Both the position numbers and the translations under genes were made by a program. From positions 830,773 through 894,772 of the forward strand of contig CAWJJB010000007.1 in NCBI GenBank assembly GCA_963843115.1: 64,000 bases of DNA. Direction: 5' to 3'. Shown piece by piece: positions 35,960 through 48,299 of the stretch; position 1 is the stretch's first letter; each line of letters begins with the position of its first letter. A model generated the notes under the pieces. That model ran no database searches. It was not told the origin of the DNA and saw nothing but the letters and a program-made list of their open reading frames with translations. Source of the stretch: an uncultured Gemmatimonadales bacterium. GTDB taxonomy: Bacteria > Gemmatimonadota > Gemmatimonadetes > Gemmatimonadales > GWC2-71-9.

Positions 35960-36714
35960 GTGAGGTCCTGCTGTCGGAGCAGCGTGGCGGCGTCCTCACG
36001 CTGACGCTGAACCGTCCCGACAAGCGCAACGCGCTGAATGGAACGATGATCGCGGCCCTGCATGGCGCGCTCGACAGCGTCGACCTCGATCCCTCGATCG
36101 CGCTGGTGGTCATCCAGGGAGCGGGGCGGGACTTCTGCGCGGGTGCCGACCTCGCGGAGCTGCTTGCATCGGCCGAGCGCTCTCCGGCAGACAATGAGCG
36201 CGAAGCCCTGCACCTCGGGACGCTCCTTGCCCGCTTTCGTGCCTGCCCCCGGCCCGTGGTGGCACTGGTGCGCGGACGGGCCCTCGCCGGGGGCGCCGGG
36301 CTGGCGTCGGCGTGCGATGTGGTCGTTGCGACAGAGTCGGCGCAGTTCGGGTACCCCGAGATCCAGCGCGGATTCGTCCCGGCCATGGTAATGGTGTTCC
36401 TGCGGCGACTGGCCGGTGAGAAGCTCGCATTCGACCTCGTTGCGACGGGCCGATTGCTGGGCGCCGAGGAGGCACGGGCGGCGGGTCTCGTCACGCGCGT
36501 CGAGACAGATGCCGCCTTCGATGCACAGGCACAATCGCTGGTCGATGCGCTGGCGGCCTCAAGCGCCTCGGCGATGCACCTGACCAAGAAACTGTTCTAT
36601 GAGCTGGACGGTACAAGTATCGGCGATGGCATCGCACTCGGCGCACGGATCAATGCGCTGGCGCGTACAACACCGGACTTCCGCGAGGCCATCGCCCACT
36701 TCCTGGCGCGCTGA
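35956..36714 (+). CDS. Enoyl-CoA hydratase/isomerase (crotonase) family protein
   Basis: LTLNRPDKRNALN, VIQGAGRDFCAGADL and ALAGGAGLASACD. ATGA overlap with the peptidase stop. Confidence 0.9.
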   Translation: MSEVLLSEQRGGVLTLTLNRPDKRNALNGTMIAALHGALDSVDLDPSIALVVIQGAGRDFCAGADLAELLASAERSPADNEREALHLGTLLARFRACPRPVVALVRGRALAGGAGLASACDVVVATESAQFGYPEIQRGFVPAMVMVFLRRLAGEKLAFDLVATGRLLGAEEARAAGLVTRVETDAAFDAQAQSLVDALAASSASAMHLTKKLFYELDGTSIGDGIALGARINALARTTPDFREAIAHFLAR

Positions 36715-36785
36715 CGCCGGCCAGTCGCGTCCCCATGTGGGAAGGCTTACTTTGGTGGTCCCGTTCAGACCAATTGGAGAGACCG

Positions 36786-37310
36786 ATGACCCGGATGATT
36801 CGTTTGGCAGCCGTAGTGGTCGCGCTCGGCGCCTTCGCGCAGGGTGCCAAAGCCCAGGACAACACCACCACGTCGCAGGACGCGAGCCTCAAGGCCACTG
36901 CCACGGAGTACAGCTTTGAGATCCGGCCAACGATCGGCCTCGTGATTCCGTTGTCGGGTGGGGATGTAGGCTGGGACATCGGCGCGAGCCTCCGGGCCAA
37001 GCCACCCACGTGGCCCATCGGGGTACAGCTGGACTTCATCTTCATCGACCTGTCGTCCACCCTGTTCCAGGTCACTGCGGATGCCGTCTATGACTTCTCC
37101 GTGGGCCAGAAGAGCTTTCATCCCTACGCCATTGGCGGCCTGGGCCTGTACGATGGCACCTTCGGCCTGAACATTGGTCTCGGTGCGGACTTCGCCGTTT
37201 CCGGGTCGCCCATCGGCTTCTTTGCCGAGACACGGTTCCACTTCGTGTTCGAGTCGAACGACACGGCAACTCTTCTGCCGATCAACGCTGGTGTCCGGAT
37301 CCGGTTCTAG
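36786..37310 (+). CDS. Small outer-membrane beta-barrel protein
   Basis: Signal peptide MTRMIRLAAVVVALGAFAQGAKAQ, amphipathic beta-strand pattern, and a C-terminal ...GVRIRF ending in Phe (a BAM beta-signal-like end). Confidence 0.65.
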   Translation: MTRMIRLAAVVVALGAFAQGAKAQDNTTTSQDASLKATATEYSFEIRPTIGLVIPLSGGDVGWDIGASLRAKPPTWPIGVQLDFIFIDLSSTLFQVTADAVYDFSVGQKSFHPYAIGGLGLYDGTFGLNIGLGADFAVSGSPIGFFAETRFHFVFESNDTATLLPINAGVRIRF

Positions 37311-37847
37311 GTGACCATTCGCATCGCGGCGCTGGTGCTTGCCGGCCTGGCCGGCGCCAGCGTCCCGGCCGGGGCGCAGGAGTTCACTGCCGGCATTCGT
37401 GGCGGAGTCACCTTTCCGGCAGGGGCGTACGGCGATTCCTCGGCGTCACTTTCCACTGGGTGGAACCTTGGCGTGGTCGGCCGGGTGGATCTCGGATCGC
37501 ACCTGGGGATCCAGTTGGACGTGGGATACAGTGCCAACCCGATCGACGGGCCGCCCGGCGGCACTGTAAGCGACTGGCAAGCCGGGGCAGGGATGGTCTA
37601 CTCGATCCTTTCCCGGACGGCGAGCTTTCGGCCCTATGTGTTGTTGGGGTTGGGCGTGGACTACTGGCAGGACAACAGTGGCAACGGCCTGACACCTGCC
37701 GTCTACGGCTCTGCGGGGTTCGACGTACCGCTCGATCCCATCCGCCCGTACGTCGAAATGCAGTACCGGGATGTCTTCAGTCCCGGCTCCAACCTTCGCA
37801 CGCTCCAGCTGATCTTCGGCCTCAGGTACGTACTCGGGTACCGGTAA
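37311..37847 (+). CDS. Small outer-membrane beta-barrel protein (tandem neighbour)
   Basis: The GTG start follows the previous stop directly. Signal peptide IAALVLAGLAGASVPAGAQ and a beta-strand pattern (GIQLDVGYS, PYVLLGLGVDYW, PYVEMQYRD). Confidence 0.65.
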   Translation: MTIRIAALVLAGLAGASVPAGAQEFTAGIRGGVTFPAGAYGDSSASLSTGWNLGVVGRVDLGSHLGIQLDVGYSANPIDGPPGGTVSDWQAGAGMVYSILSRTASFRPYVLLGLGVDYWQDNSGNGLTPAVYGSAGFDVPLDPIRPYVEMQYRDVFSPGSNLRTLQLIFGLRYVLGYR

Positions 37848-37851
37848 CCGG

Positions 37852-40800
37852 CTACATGTTCCGCCGGTATTGCCCGCCCACTTCGTAGAGGGCGGCAGAC
37901 AACTGGCCGAGACTGCAAACCTGCGCGGCCTCCATGAGCTGGGCAAAGACATTCCCCGAGGAGAGCGCGGCGTGCTTGAGCGCCGCCAGCGCCAGCGGGG
38001 ACTCGCCGGCATTCCTCACCTCGAACTGCTCCCGGGACACGATGGCAAACTCCTTCTCTTCCGGTGTCGAGCGAATGACCTCGGCCGGGAGCGCCGTCGG
38101 CGACCCTGACGGGTCGAGGAAGGTGTTCACGCCAATGATCGGCAACGTCCCGTCGTGCTTGCGCTTCTCGTAGAGCAGCGACTCATCCTGGATCCGTCCC
38201 CGCTGGTACATGCGCTCCATCGCACCGAGCACGCCGCCCCGGTCGGACAGCCGCTTGAATTCCAGCATCACGGCCTGTTCGACGAGGTCGGTCAGCTCCT
38301 CTACGACAAAGCTGCCCTGCAGTGGATTCTCGTTCCGCGCCAGCCCCAGTTCCTGGTTGATGATGAGCTGGATCGCCAGGGCGCGCCGGACACTCTCCTC
38401 GGTGGGGGTGGTGATGGCCTCATCGTAGGCATTGGTATGGAGCGAATTGCAGTTGTCGTACAGGGCATACAGCGCCTGGAGCGTGGTCCGGATGTCGTTG
38501 AAGGAAATTTCCTGGGCGTGGAGGCTCCGGCCCGAGGTCTGGATGTGATACTTGAGCCGCTGCGACCGGTCGTTGGCGCCGTAGCGGAGCTTCATCGCCT
38601 TGGCCCAGATCCGCCGCGCCACGCGGCCAATGACCGCATACTCAGGGTCAAGGCCATTGGAGAAGAAGAAGGAAAGGTTGGGCGCGAAGTCGTCCACCTT
38701 CATGCCACGCGACAGGTAGTACTCCACATAGGTGAACCCGTTGGCCAGCGTGAACGCCAGCTGCGTGATAGGGTTGGCTCCCGCCTCCGCGATGTGATAC
38801 CCCGAGATGGACACGGAATAGAAGTTCCGCACCTGCCGCTCGATGAAGAACTCCTGCACGTCGCCCATCATCCGCAGCGCAAACTCCGTCGAGAAGATAC
38901 AGGTATTCTGGGCCTGGTCTTCCTTCAGGATGTCGGCCTGCACCGTGCCACGCACCCGGCTCAGGGTCGATGCCCTGATACGTTCATACACATCCAGGGG
39001 CAGCACGTCGTTGCCACTCACGCCGAGCAGCAGGAGCCCCAGCCCGTCGTTGCCATCCGGCAATGCGCCCCGGTACTGCGGGCGCGGGAGGCCTCGCTCG
39101 GTGAAGCGAGCGTCAATGCGCGCCCGCACGGCGTCCACTTCGCCCTGCTCCAGCAGCCACCGTTCGCACTGCTGGTCCACTGCCGCATTGAGGAAGAATG
39201 CCAGCACCATGGGGGCGGGACCGTTGATGGTCATGGAGACCGACGTGGCCGGGTCACAGAGGTCGAACCCCGAGTAGAGCTTCTTCGCATCGTCGACGGT
39301 GGCCACGCTGACGCCGGCGTTGCCGATCTTGCCGTAGATGTCGGGGCGCCGCGCAGGATTCTCGCCGTACAGCGTCACCGAGTCGAATGCCGTGGACAGC
39401 CGCTTCGCGGGCATGCCCTTGGACACATAGTGAAAACGGCGGTTGGTGCGTTCCGGGCCACCCTCGCCCGCGAACATGCGAGCCGGCTCCTCCCCTTGCC
39501 GCTTCAGGGGAAAGACCCCCGCGGCGAAGGGGAACATCCCCGGAGGGGCCTCGGTCAGGAGCCAGGTGAGGATATCACCCCAGTCGGAGTAGCGGGGCAG
39601 GCTCACCTTCGGCAGGCGGGTACCGGACAGGGACTCGGTGAATAGCGCCTGGCTGATGACCTTGTCGCGCACCTTGAACTCGTAGCGATCCGCGCGATAC
39701 CGGGCGACGAGTGCCGGCCACTCGGCCAGCAGGCGCCGCGCTTCCGGGGCCAGCGTGGCCTCGAGCGTGGCATACTCGGCCTCCAGCCCCGCAACCCAGT
39801 CGGGCGTCGTGCCGTTGGTCTGCTCGACGCGCACCACGCCGCTGTCGGTCGGCTCCTGCACCACAAGCGCCGCCCGGCCCTCCCGCGAGCGCACCTGCTC
39901 GAGCGCGCCGTGCAACTGGTACATGCGGCGCGCCGTGGACGCCTGCTGCTGCACGAACGCGGCATAGCCCTCGCTGCCCTCGACAATCTCGGCGAGGTAC
40001 CGATGCCGGTCAGCCGGGATGATGCGTGCGGTGTCCCCGGCTCCCGCGACGAGCGGGTGCTGGGTGGCGAACGCCACGCCCGTCTTTTGCGCCAGCATGT
40101 CCAGCGTCGCCACAAAAAGTCGATTCATCCCGGGATCATTGAACTGCGACGCGATGGTGCCGAAGATTGGCAGGCTCTCGTCGGCCGCATCCCAGAGCTG
40201 CCGGTTGCGCTTGTACTGCTTCCGTACGTCGCGGAGCGCGTCCAGGCTGCCGGGCTTGTCGAACTTGTTGATCGCGACCAGGTCGGCGAAGTCGAGCATG
40301 TCGATCTTCTCGAGCTGCGTCGCGGCACCGTACTCCGCCGTCATGACATACAGCGACACGTCGGCATGCTCCGTGATCTCGGTATCCGACTGCCCGATGC
40401 CGGACGTCTCGACGATGACGAGGTCAAAGCCGGCGGCGCGGCAGATGTCGATGGATTCGCGCACGTGCTTGCTGAGGGCAAGGTTCGATTGACGCGTGGC
40501 CAGCGAGCGCATGTAGACCCGCGTATCGTGCACGGAGTTCATGCGGATCCGGTCGCCAAGGAGTGCCCCACCGGTGCGGCGGCGCGACGGGTCCACTGAA
40601 ATGATGGCAATGGTGCTGGTGGGAAGGGCGGCGAGGAAGCGGCGCACGAACTCGTCGACCAGTGACGACTTGCCGGCGCCACCGGTGCCGGTAACGCCGA
40701 GCACGGGCGCGGTCGCGGCGGCCAGGCGCGCGGCCAGCCCCTCGCGCAGGTCGGCCACCCGCTCCGGTTCATTCTCCGCCAGCGAGATGAGCCGGCCGAT

Positions 40801-41328
40801 GGTCTTCGCGTCCCGCGCAGGCACCTGCGCCCATGCCGCATCGAGGTCGACCGCGGGGCGCGCTCGATCGCAGCGCCGCAGCAGGTCGTCGATCATCCCC
40901 TGCAGGCCCAGCGCCCGGCCATCATCCGGCGTGTAGATGCGTGCGATGCCGTACTGGTGCAGCTCCTCCACTTCCTGTGGAAGGATCGTACCGCCGCCAC
41001 CACCGAAGATCAGGATGTCCGCCCCACGGTCCCTCAGCAGGTCGTGCATGTACTTGAAGAACTCGAGGTGCCCGCCTTGGTAGGAGGTGACCGCAATGGC
41101 CGTGGCGTCCTCCTGGATGGCGCAATCGACGATCTCGGCGGCGGACCGGTTATGGCCAAGATGGATCACTTCGGCCCCGGACGCCTGGATGATGCGGCGC
41201 ATCACATTGATCGCGGCATCATGCCCGTCGAACAGGGAGGCTGCGGTGACGATGCGTATGGGCCGGCGGGCCTTGGGATCAGCGGCGGCCGGCAGCGGCA
41301 GGGCCTGGGTCATTCCGTCTCCAGTCAT
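37852..41328 (-). CDS. icmF: Fused isobutyryl-CoA mutase IcmF (B12-binding domain + MeaI G-protein + mutase domain)
   Basis: N-terminal [15 protein letters not shown] (B12 DxHxxG-type), central P-loop [10 protein letters not shown] and NKFD, and a C-terminal mutase barrel (GVFPLKR..., RRFHY..., [15 protein letters not shown]). 1158 aa. Confidence 0.9.
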   Translation of the reverse strand: MTGDGMTQALPLPAAADPKARRPIRIVTAASLFDGHDAAINVMRRIIQASGAEVIHLGHNRSAAEIVDCAIQEDATAIAVTSYQGGHLEFFKYMHDLLRDRGADILIFGGGGGTILPQEVEELHQYGIARIYTPDDGRALGLQGMIDDLLRRCDRARPAVDLDAAWAQVPARDAKTIGRLISLAENEPERVADLREGLAARLAAATAPVLGVTGTGGAGKSSLVDEFVRRFLAALPTSTIAIISVDPSRRRTGGALLGDRIRMNSVHDTRVYMRSLATRQSNLALSKHVRESIDICRAAGFDLVIVETSGIGQSDTEITEHADVSLYVMTAEYGAATQLEKIDMLDFADLVAINKFDKPGSLDALRDVRKQYKRNRQLWDAADESLPIFGTIASQFNDPGMNRLFVATLDMLAQKTGVAFATQHPLVAGAGDTARIIPADRHRYLAEIVEGSEGYAAFVQQQASTARRMYQLHGALEQVRSREGRAALVVQEPTDSGVVRVEQTNGTTPDWVAGLEAEYATLEATLAPEARRLLAEWPALVARYRADRYEFKVRDKVISQALFTESLSGTRLPKVSLPRYSDWGDILTWLLTEAPPGMFPFAAGVFPLKRQGEEPARMFAGEGGPERTNRRFHYVSKGMPAKRLSTAFDSVTLYGENPARRPDIYGKIGNAGVSVATVDDAKKLYSGFDLCDPATSVSMTINGPAPMVLAFFLNAAVDQQCERWLLEQGEVDAVRARIDARFTERGLPRPQYRGALPDGNDGLGLLLLGVSGNDVLPLDVYERIRASTLSRVRGTVQADILKEDQAQNTCIFSTEFALRMMGDVQEFFIERQVRNFYSVSISGYHIAEAGANPITQLAFTLANGFTYVEYYLSRGMKVDDFAPNLSFFFSNGLDPEYAVIGRVARRIWAKAMKLRYGANDRSQRLKYHIQTSGRSLHAQEISFNDIRTTLQALYALYDNCNSLHTNAYDEAITTPTEESVRRALAIQLIINQELGLARNENPLQGSFVVEELTDLVEQAVMLEFKRLSDRGGVLGAMERMYQRGRIQDESLLYEKRKHDGTLPIIGVNTFLDPSGSPTALPAEVIRSTPEEKEFAIVSREQFEVRNAGESPLALAALKHAALSSGNVFAQLMEAAQVCSLGQLSAALYEVGGQYRRNM

Positions 41329-41396
41329 GTGCCAAATCTAGGTCGTTCAACGGCTTTCCGCCCGGCGAATGGCGGTTCGCCCCTGTACCTTTCAGC

Positions 41397-42617
41397 ATGC
41401 CTGCCAACGGAACCCATGCACCGTTTCCTCCTGCGAGCTACGCCACATGGAGGGAAGGTGTCGAGGCCGCACTGGGCCCCGACGCCGTATCCCGCACGCT
41501 CCGCACCACGACGGCTGACGGGATCGCGATCGAGCCGCTGTACGCGCCCGGCGGACCGGGTGCGCCCGAGGCCCGGGCCATGGCGGGGCGCCTGGTTGGG
41601 TTGCTCCCCGAGCCAGGGGAAGCCTGGCATATCCGCCAGCGGTTTCCGGTGGGCACGCCGCGATCGGTGCTGGATTCCGCGATTGCCGGCGGGGTGCAGT
41701 CGCTCGAGTTCTCCTTCACGGAAATCGCCGAGCTGGAGCGCCTGGCCGACCTGGCACCGCAATTCAACTCGGCTGGGATCGAGGTCAGTTTCGAGGGGAA
41801 CGTGCTGGCATCCGGGTCGGGCGTTGGCCTCGCGGGGTTCGGCTTCGACCGGCTCTCCCTTGGCGCTGATCCCGTGGCCAGCTTTCTCGAGGGCGCGGGC
41901 GCCACTGGCGGCCTGGTCACCGACGTCGGCAAGCTGGGATCGGTGCGGCCGCTGGATCGCCCCGGTGGCATGCTCGTCCGCGCGTCGGGTGACGCGTTCT
42001 TCGATGCCGGCGCCACCAGCGGGATGACGCTCGCCGCCACGCTCGCCGTGGCGCTCGCCTATCTCCGCGCACTTGAGACGGCCGGCACCGACCTGGCGTG
42101 GGCGGCGCGCACGCTCGAGATGCGGCTCCCATGCGGTCCGCGCTTCTTCGAGAACACCGCGATGCTGCGGGCGGCGCGCCTGGTGTGGGCACGGATTCTG
42201 GAGGTCGCCGGTATCGCGCCGACGCCGCTCCGCCTGGTGGCAAGCACCGGTCGCCGGTCGTTCATTGGCGACGATCCCTGGGCCAATGCGCTGCGCAACA
42301 CCGCCGTTGCCTTTGCCGCCGCCGCTGGTGGCGCCGATGTCCTGCACCTGGCTCCCCACGACGAGCGCGGCGACGCGCCGGGCGCGGTGGCACTGCGTCT
42401 CGCCCGTACGACGGGGCTTGTGGTGCGCGATGAGGCGTCCCTTCGCCGGGTCATCGATCCCGCGGAGGGAAGCTGGTTTCTCGAGACGCTCACCGGGGAG
42501 CTGGCCGAGGCGGCCTGGGAAGAACTCCGGCGCATCGACGCGGCGGGCGGGATCGTGCCGGTGATCGAGTCCGGCGAACTACAGCAGCGCATCGCCGATG
42601 TGGCGGGTGCGCGATGA
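41397..42617 (+). CDS. Methylmalonyl-CoA mutase small-subunit-like protein (short, no B12 domain)
   Basis: 406 aa with similarity to the MutA/MCM barrel region ([43 protein letters not shown]). The stop overlaps the mutB start. Confidence 0.7.
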   Translation: MPANGTHAPFPPASYATWREGVEAALGPDAVSRTLRTTTADGIAIEPLYAPGGPGAPEARAMAGRLVGLLPEPGEAWHIRQRFPVGTPRSVLDSAIAGGVQSLEFSFTEIAELERLADLAPQFNSAGIEVSFEGNVLASGSGVGLAGFGFDRLSLGADPVASFLEGAGATGGLVTDVGKLGSVRPLDRPGGMLVRASGDAFFDAGATSGMTLAATLAVALAYLRALETAGTDLAWAARTLEMRLPCGPRFFENTAMLRAARLVWARILEVAGIAPTPLRLVASTGRRSFIGDDPWANALRNTAVAFAAAAGGADVLHLAPHDERGDAPGAVALRLARTTGLVVRDEASLRRVIDPAEGSWFLETLTGELAEAAWEELRRIDAAGGIVPVIESGELQQRIADVAGAR

Positions 42618-44788
42618 GTCCTGTCCCGAGCCTGGCCGACCTCGCCTGGGCCCTCCCAATGGTCCGGGCCGCATCGCCAGGTGGGCCGTCGTGGGACTCC
42701 GCGGAAGGCATTTCGATCCCGTCCCACGTGGACGGTTCCTTGCTCGACGGGATCGACCTTAGTGGCATGCCCGGGGCGGCGCCATACCTGCGCGGTCCGT
42801 ACGCTACGATGTATGTACGGCAGCCGTGGACGATCCGGCAGTATGCCGGCTACTCGACGGCAGAGGAGTCGAACGCTTTCTATCGCCGGAACCTCGAGGC
42901 GGGACAGATGGGGCTGAGCATCGCCTTCGATCTCGCGACCCACCGGGGATACGACTCCGATCACCCGCGGGTCTCCGGCGACGTAGGGATGGCCGGCGTG
43001 GCCATCGACAGCATCCTCGACATGCGGATCCTGTTTGACCAGATCCCGCTGGACCAGATGAGCGTGTCGATGACCATGAACGGTGCGGTGCTGCCGATCC
43101 TGGCGCTCTACATCGTCGCAGCGGAAGAGCAGGGGGTGAACCAGGCGCAGCTGACCGGGACGATCCAGAACGACATCCTCAAGGAGTTCATGGTCCGGAA
43201 TACCTACATCTATCCCCCGGGACCGAGCCTCCGGATCGTCGCAGACATCTTTCGCTACACCAGCCGCCACATGCCGCGCTTCAACAGCATCAGCATCAGC
43301 GGGTATCACATGCATGAGGCAGGCGCGACCGCCGACCTCGAGCTCGGGTATACCCTGGCCGACGCCGTGGAGTACGTTCGCACTGGCCTGGCCGCCGGCC
43401 TCGGCATCGACGCATTCGCGCCACGGCTCAGCTTCTTCTTCGCCATCGGCATGAACTTCTTCATGGAAGTGGCGAAGTTGCGGGCGGCCAGGCTTCTCTG
43501 GGCCCGGCTGATGCAACCGTTCCATCCGGCGAATCCCCGCAGCTCCATGCTGCGTACCCATTGCCAGACGAGCGGCTGGAGCCTTTCAGCGCAGGATGTG
43601 AATACCAACGTCGTCCGCACCTGCATCGAGGCGATGGCGGCGACCCAGGGCGGCACGCAAAGCCTGCATACCAATGCGCTGGACGAGGCGCTGGCGCTGC
43701 CAGGAGATGAGTCGGCACGCATCGCCCGCAACACCCAGATCTTCCTCCAGCAGGAGACCGATACCTGTTCGACGGTGGACCCGTGGGGTGGCAGCCACTA
43801 CGTCGAGTGGCTCACGCACCAGCTGGTGCAGGGTGCGCAGGCCCATGTCGACGAGATTGAGGCGATGGGCGGCATGGCTCGAGCGCTCGAGGCAGGGCTA
43901 CCCAAGCTGCGCATCGAGGAGGCAGCGGCGCGCACGCAGGCGCGTATCGACAGTGGCCGCCAGGCGCTGATCGGAGTCAATCGCTACCGCCCCGAGCACG
44001 ATGAACCGCCGGCGGTCTTGCGCATCGACAATCGCGCCGTGCGCGCGGCGCAGGTGGCACGACTCGCCGAATTGCGCGCGAATCGGGACGGCGAAGCCAC
44101 TGCCCGCGCGCTGGAGGCACTGTCAGGCGCAGCACGCGCCCGGGAAGGGAACCTGCTGGCGCTGGCGATCGATGCGGCCAGGGCCCGGGCGACAGTAGGG
44201 GAGATGAGCGAGGCACTGGCGGCGGTGTATGGTCGCCATGCTGCGCCGGTACAGGTCGTCAGCGGCGTCTATGGAGGCGAAATGGCAGGCACCGACGGGG
44301 GAATCGCCACGGTCCGGAGCGCCGTGGATCGCTTTGCCGCGCTCGAGGGACGGCGCCCACGATTACTCGTGGCGAAAGTCGGCCAGGACGGTCACGACCG
44401 GGGCCAGAAGGTCATCGCCACGGCGTTCGCCGACCTCGGATTCGACGTGGACATCGGGCCCCTGTTCGCCACACCCGACGAAGCCGCGCGGCAGGCGGTG
44501 GAGAACGACGTGCACGTGGTGGGGGTAAGCTCGCTCGCGGCGGCGCATCTCACCCTTGTGCCGGAATTGCATCGCGCACTCGTCGCCCATGGGCGGCCCG
44601 ATATCATGATCGTGGCCGGCGGCGTGATCCCGCCGCAGGATCACGAGGCGCTCCTCGCGGGGGGTGCCACCATGATCTTCGGGCCGGGCACCGTCATCCC
44701 GGATGCGGCTCGGCACCTCCTCGCCGAGTTGGTACGACGGCTCGGCCTGTCCGAATCGGCGATCTTCGATGGGAACGCGCCGGCGTGA
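42614..44788 (+). CDS. mutB: Methylmalonyl-CoA mutase large subunit
   Basis: [51 protein letters not shown] and [14 protein letters not shown]-terminal B12 domain [17 protein letters not shown]. Confidence 0.95.
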   Translation: MSPVPSLADLAWALPMVRAASPGGPSWDSAEGISIPSHVDGSLLDGIDLSGMPGAAPYLRGPYATMYVRQPWTIRQYAGYSTAEESNAFYRRNLEAGQMGLSIAFDLATHRGYDSDHPRVSGDVGMAGVAIDSILDMRILFDQIPLDQMSVSMTMNGAVLPILALYIVAAEEQGVNQAQLTGTIQNDILKEFMVRNTYIYPPGPSLRIVADIFRYTSRHMPRFNSISISGYHMHEAGATADLELGYTLADAVEYVRTGLAAGLGIDAFAPRLSFFFAIGMNFFMEVAKLRAARLLWARLMQPFHPANPRSSMLRTHCQTSGWSLSAQDVNTNVVRTCIEAMAATQGGTQSLHTNALDEALALPGDESARIARNTQIFLQQETDTCSTVDPWGGSHYVEWLTHQLVQGAQAHVDEIEAMGGMARALEAGLPKLRIEEAAARTQARIDSGRQALIGVNRYRPEHDEPPAVLRIDNRAVRAAQVARLAELRANRDGEATARALEALSGAARAREGNLLALAIDAARARATVGEMSEALAAVYGRHAAPVQVVSGVYGGEMAGTDGGIATVRSAVDRFAALEGRRPRLLVAKVGQDGHDRGQKVIATAFADLGFDVDIGPLFATPDEAARQAVENDVHVVGVSSLAAAHLTLVPELHRALVAHGRPDIMIVAGGVIPPQDHEALLAGGATMIFGPGTVIPDAARHLLAELVRRLGLSESAIFDGNAPA

Positions 44789-45783
44789 GCGAGGTCCGGC
44801 GGGCCGACCAGAACCTCGACCTGCTGGTCGACGCAGTGCGGCGACGTGAGCCGGCGGCATTGGGACGGGCGGTGTCGCTCATCGAGTCGACGGCTCCCGC
44901 CGACCGTACCCGCGCCGGTGAATTGCTGACGCTCCTTGGGCCCGCGGCCCGGCCGGCGGTGCTGGTCGGCATCAGCGGGGTGCCGGGCGTCGGGAAGAGC
45001 AGCTTCATCGATGCGCTTGGCGCGAGGCTCCTGGAGCAGGGACACCACTTGGCAGTGCTGGCCGTGGATCCCTCCAGTACGGTGTCAGGTGGCAGCATTC
45101 TCGGGGACAAGACACGCATGCAACGCCTGGCAGGCGATCCCCGGTCCTTCGTGCGCCCATCGCCGACCGCCGGCACCCTGGGCGGCATCGCGCCGCGGAC
45201 GCCGGAGACGATCGCGCTCTGCGAGGCGGCGGGGTTCGACGTCATCATCGTGGAGACGGTGGGCGTAGGACAGTCGGAAACATCGGTGGCCGACCTCGCC
45301 GACGTTTTCCTGGTGCTTATGCTGCCAGGGGGAGGCGATGAACTGCAGGGCATCAAGCGCGGCCTGATGGAGCGGGCCGACGTCATCGCCGTCAACAAGG
45401 CCGATGGACCGAACGCCGAGCGCGCCATGGCCACGGCGCGCGACTATCGCACCGCCATGCACCTCATGCGCGGGCGCGATGCCGCCGGGCCACCGCCTGT
45501 GCTCACCTGCAGTGCCCTTCAGGGGACAGGTCTCGACGATGTATGGAAGGCGCTGCTCGAACGGCGACTGGGATTGGTGGAAAGCGGGGTACTGGCGGCG
45601 CGCCGTCGGGAGCAGCGCGTGCGGTGGATGTGGTCCCTCGTGGACCAGCGGCTCCGGGCCACGCTGGAGGCGCACCAAGCGGTGCGCGCGATCCTGGGCG
45701 ACGTGACCCGCGGCGTGGCGGACGCATCCCTGCCGCCAAGCGTGGGCGCCGAGCGGCTGGTGCGTGCCCTCGGCCTGGAGTAG
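44785..45783 (+). CDS. meaB: Methylmalonyl-CoA mutase-associated GTPase MeaB/ArgK
   Basis: P-loop [20 protein letters not shown] and NKADG. GTGA overlap with mutB. Confidence 0.9.
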   Translation: MSEVRRADQNLDLLVDAVRRREPAALGRAVSLIESTAPADRTRAGELLTLLGPAARPAVLVGISGVPGVGKSSFIDALGARLLEQGHHLAVLAVDPSSTVSGGSILGDKTRMQRLAGDPRSFVRPSPTAGTLGGIAPRTPETIALCEAAGFDVIIVETVGVGQSETSVADLADVFLVLMLPGGGDELQGIKRGLMERADVIAVNKADGPNAERAMATARDYRTAMHLMRGRDAAGPPPVLTCSALQGTGLDDVWKALLERRLGLVESGVLAARRREQRVRWMWSLVDQRLRATLEAHQAVRAILGDVTRGVADASLPPSVGAERLVRALGLE

Positions 45784-45960
45784 CTAGAACTCCCGCCGCT
45801 TCATCGCATCAAAGAACTCTTCATGCTCCTGCTGGTCCGGTCGCTCCGGTCGGCGCGTCACATCGAGCGTCGAGTCGTAGGTGGGGCGAACCTTGGACTT
45901 CGGCTTCTCCGCCTTCGCCATGTTCTTCTTGATCAGTGCCTCGAGCTGCTTGTCCTTCAT
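45784..45960 (-). CDS. Small Lys/Glu-rich hypothetical protein (58 aa)
   Basis: ATG at 45960 (MKDKQLEALIKKNMAKAEKPKSK...). GC3 is strongly coding-like on the minus strand. The stop abuts the meaB stop. Confidence 0.4.
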   Translation of the reverse strand: MKDKQLEALIKKNMAKAEKPKSKVRPTYDSTLDVTRRPERPDQQEHEEFFDAMKRREF

Positions 45961-46090
45961 GCTGCCCTCGTGTGGGGACCGTCCCAAAGCTAGCAGCGGA
46001 CCCGCCCGGGCCGAAGGGGGTGTGCGAACAGGCCCGTATTCGCGCCTTTCGGATCACGCGGCTGGATCGTGGCAAGCGCAGCATGAGGGC

Positions 46091-47443
<1,353 letters not shown>

Positions 47444-47492
47444 ACGGGTTCCGGGACTCTGCTACCGAGAGTAGACTTGTGGCCGTTGGTTG

Positions 47493-48299
47493 ATGCCCGA
47501 ATCCCATGTTGCCAAGGTCTTCCGAAGGAGCGCTGCGATGATTGGCGTGTGGCTCGCCTGTGTCCTGTTTGGCCTCCTGCTCATCATGCTCGAGGCTGGC
47601 CGTCGTCTTGGCATGCGGCATCGTGATCGCTATGGCGAGGCATACGGGGCGGGGCTCGGTGCAGTCGAGGGCGCAGTCTTCGGCCTTCTCGGACTGATAG
47701 TGGCCTTCACGTTTTCGGGGGCAGCGACCCGTTTCGACGAGCGTCGCGCGCTTATCGTGGAGGAGGCCAATGACATCGGAACCGCCTGGTTGCGGCTCGA
47801 CCTGCTTCCTGCCGCATCGCAGCCGGAGGTGCGTGAGAAGATGCGCCAATATGTCGATGCCCGCATCGCCGTGTACCGCGCACTGCCGGACATCGAGGCG
47901 GCCCGTGAACACGTCGCCCAGTCGGTCGCGTTGCAGGGCCAGATCTGGCGACTGGCGGTGGCCAGCTCGCGCCCGGAGGCTGCTCCCGGGGCCGGAGTGC
48001 TGCTGCTCCCCGCCCTCAATAGCATGTTCGACATCAGCACTACCAGGACATGGGCAGGGGCGACGCACCCGCCGTTCGTGATTTTTGCGTTGCTCTTCCT
48101 GCTCGTGCTCTTCTGCGCGCTCTTTGCCGGCCACGGTATGGCGGCCCCGCGTCGCAACTGGCTGCACATGATCGGCTTCGCGCTCGTACTTGCAGGCGCA
48201 GTCTTCGTCATCGCGGATATCGAGTATCCTCGCCTGGGCCTGATCAGCCTGACTGATTTCGACCAGGCGATCGTGGGTGTGCGGAAGTCCATGGAATGA
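47493..48299 (+). CDS. DUF4239/bestrophin-like membrane protein
   Basis: N-terminal TM pair, RFDERRALIVEEANDIGTAWLRLDLLP and C-terminal TM pair, consistent with the DUF4239 pattern as I remember it. TTG at 47490 is also possible. Confidence 0.55.
   Translation: MPESHVAKVFRRSAAMIGVWLACVLFGLLLIMLEAGRRLGMRHRDRYGEAYGAGLGAVEGAVFGLLGLIVAFTFSGAATRFDERRALIVEEANDIGTAWLRLDLLPAASQPEVREKMRQYVDARIAVYRALPDIEAAREHVAQSVALQGQIWRLAVASSRPEAAPGAGVLLLPALNSMFDISTTRTWAGATHPPFVIFALLFLLVLFCALFAGHGMAAPRRNWLHMIGFALVLAGAVFVIADIEYPRLGLISLTDFDQAIVGVRKSME

Noticed and set aside
41329-41396. Riboswitches: cobalamin near the mutases, M-box before mgtE, guanidine before sugE
   Set aside because: The mutase spacer is only 68 nt. 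mgtE and sugE have no upstream intergenic space because their starts overlap the preceding stops. No riboswitch-sized element fits.
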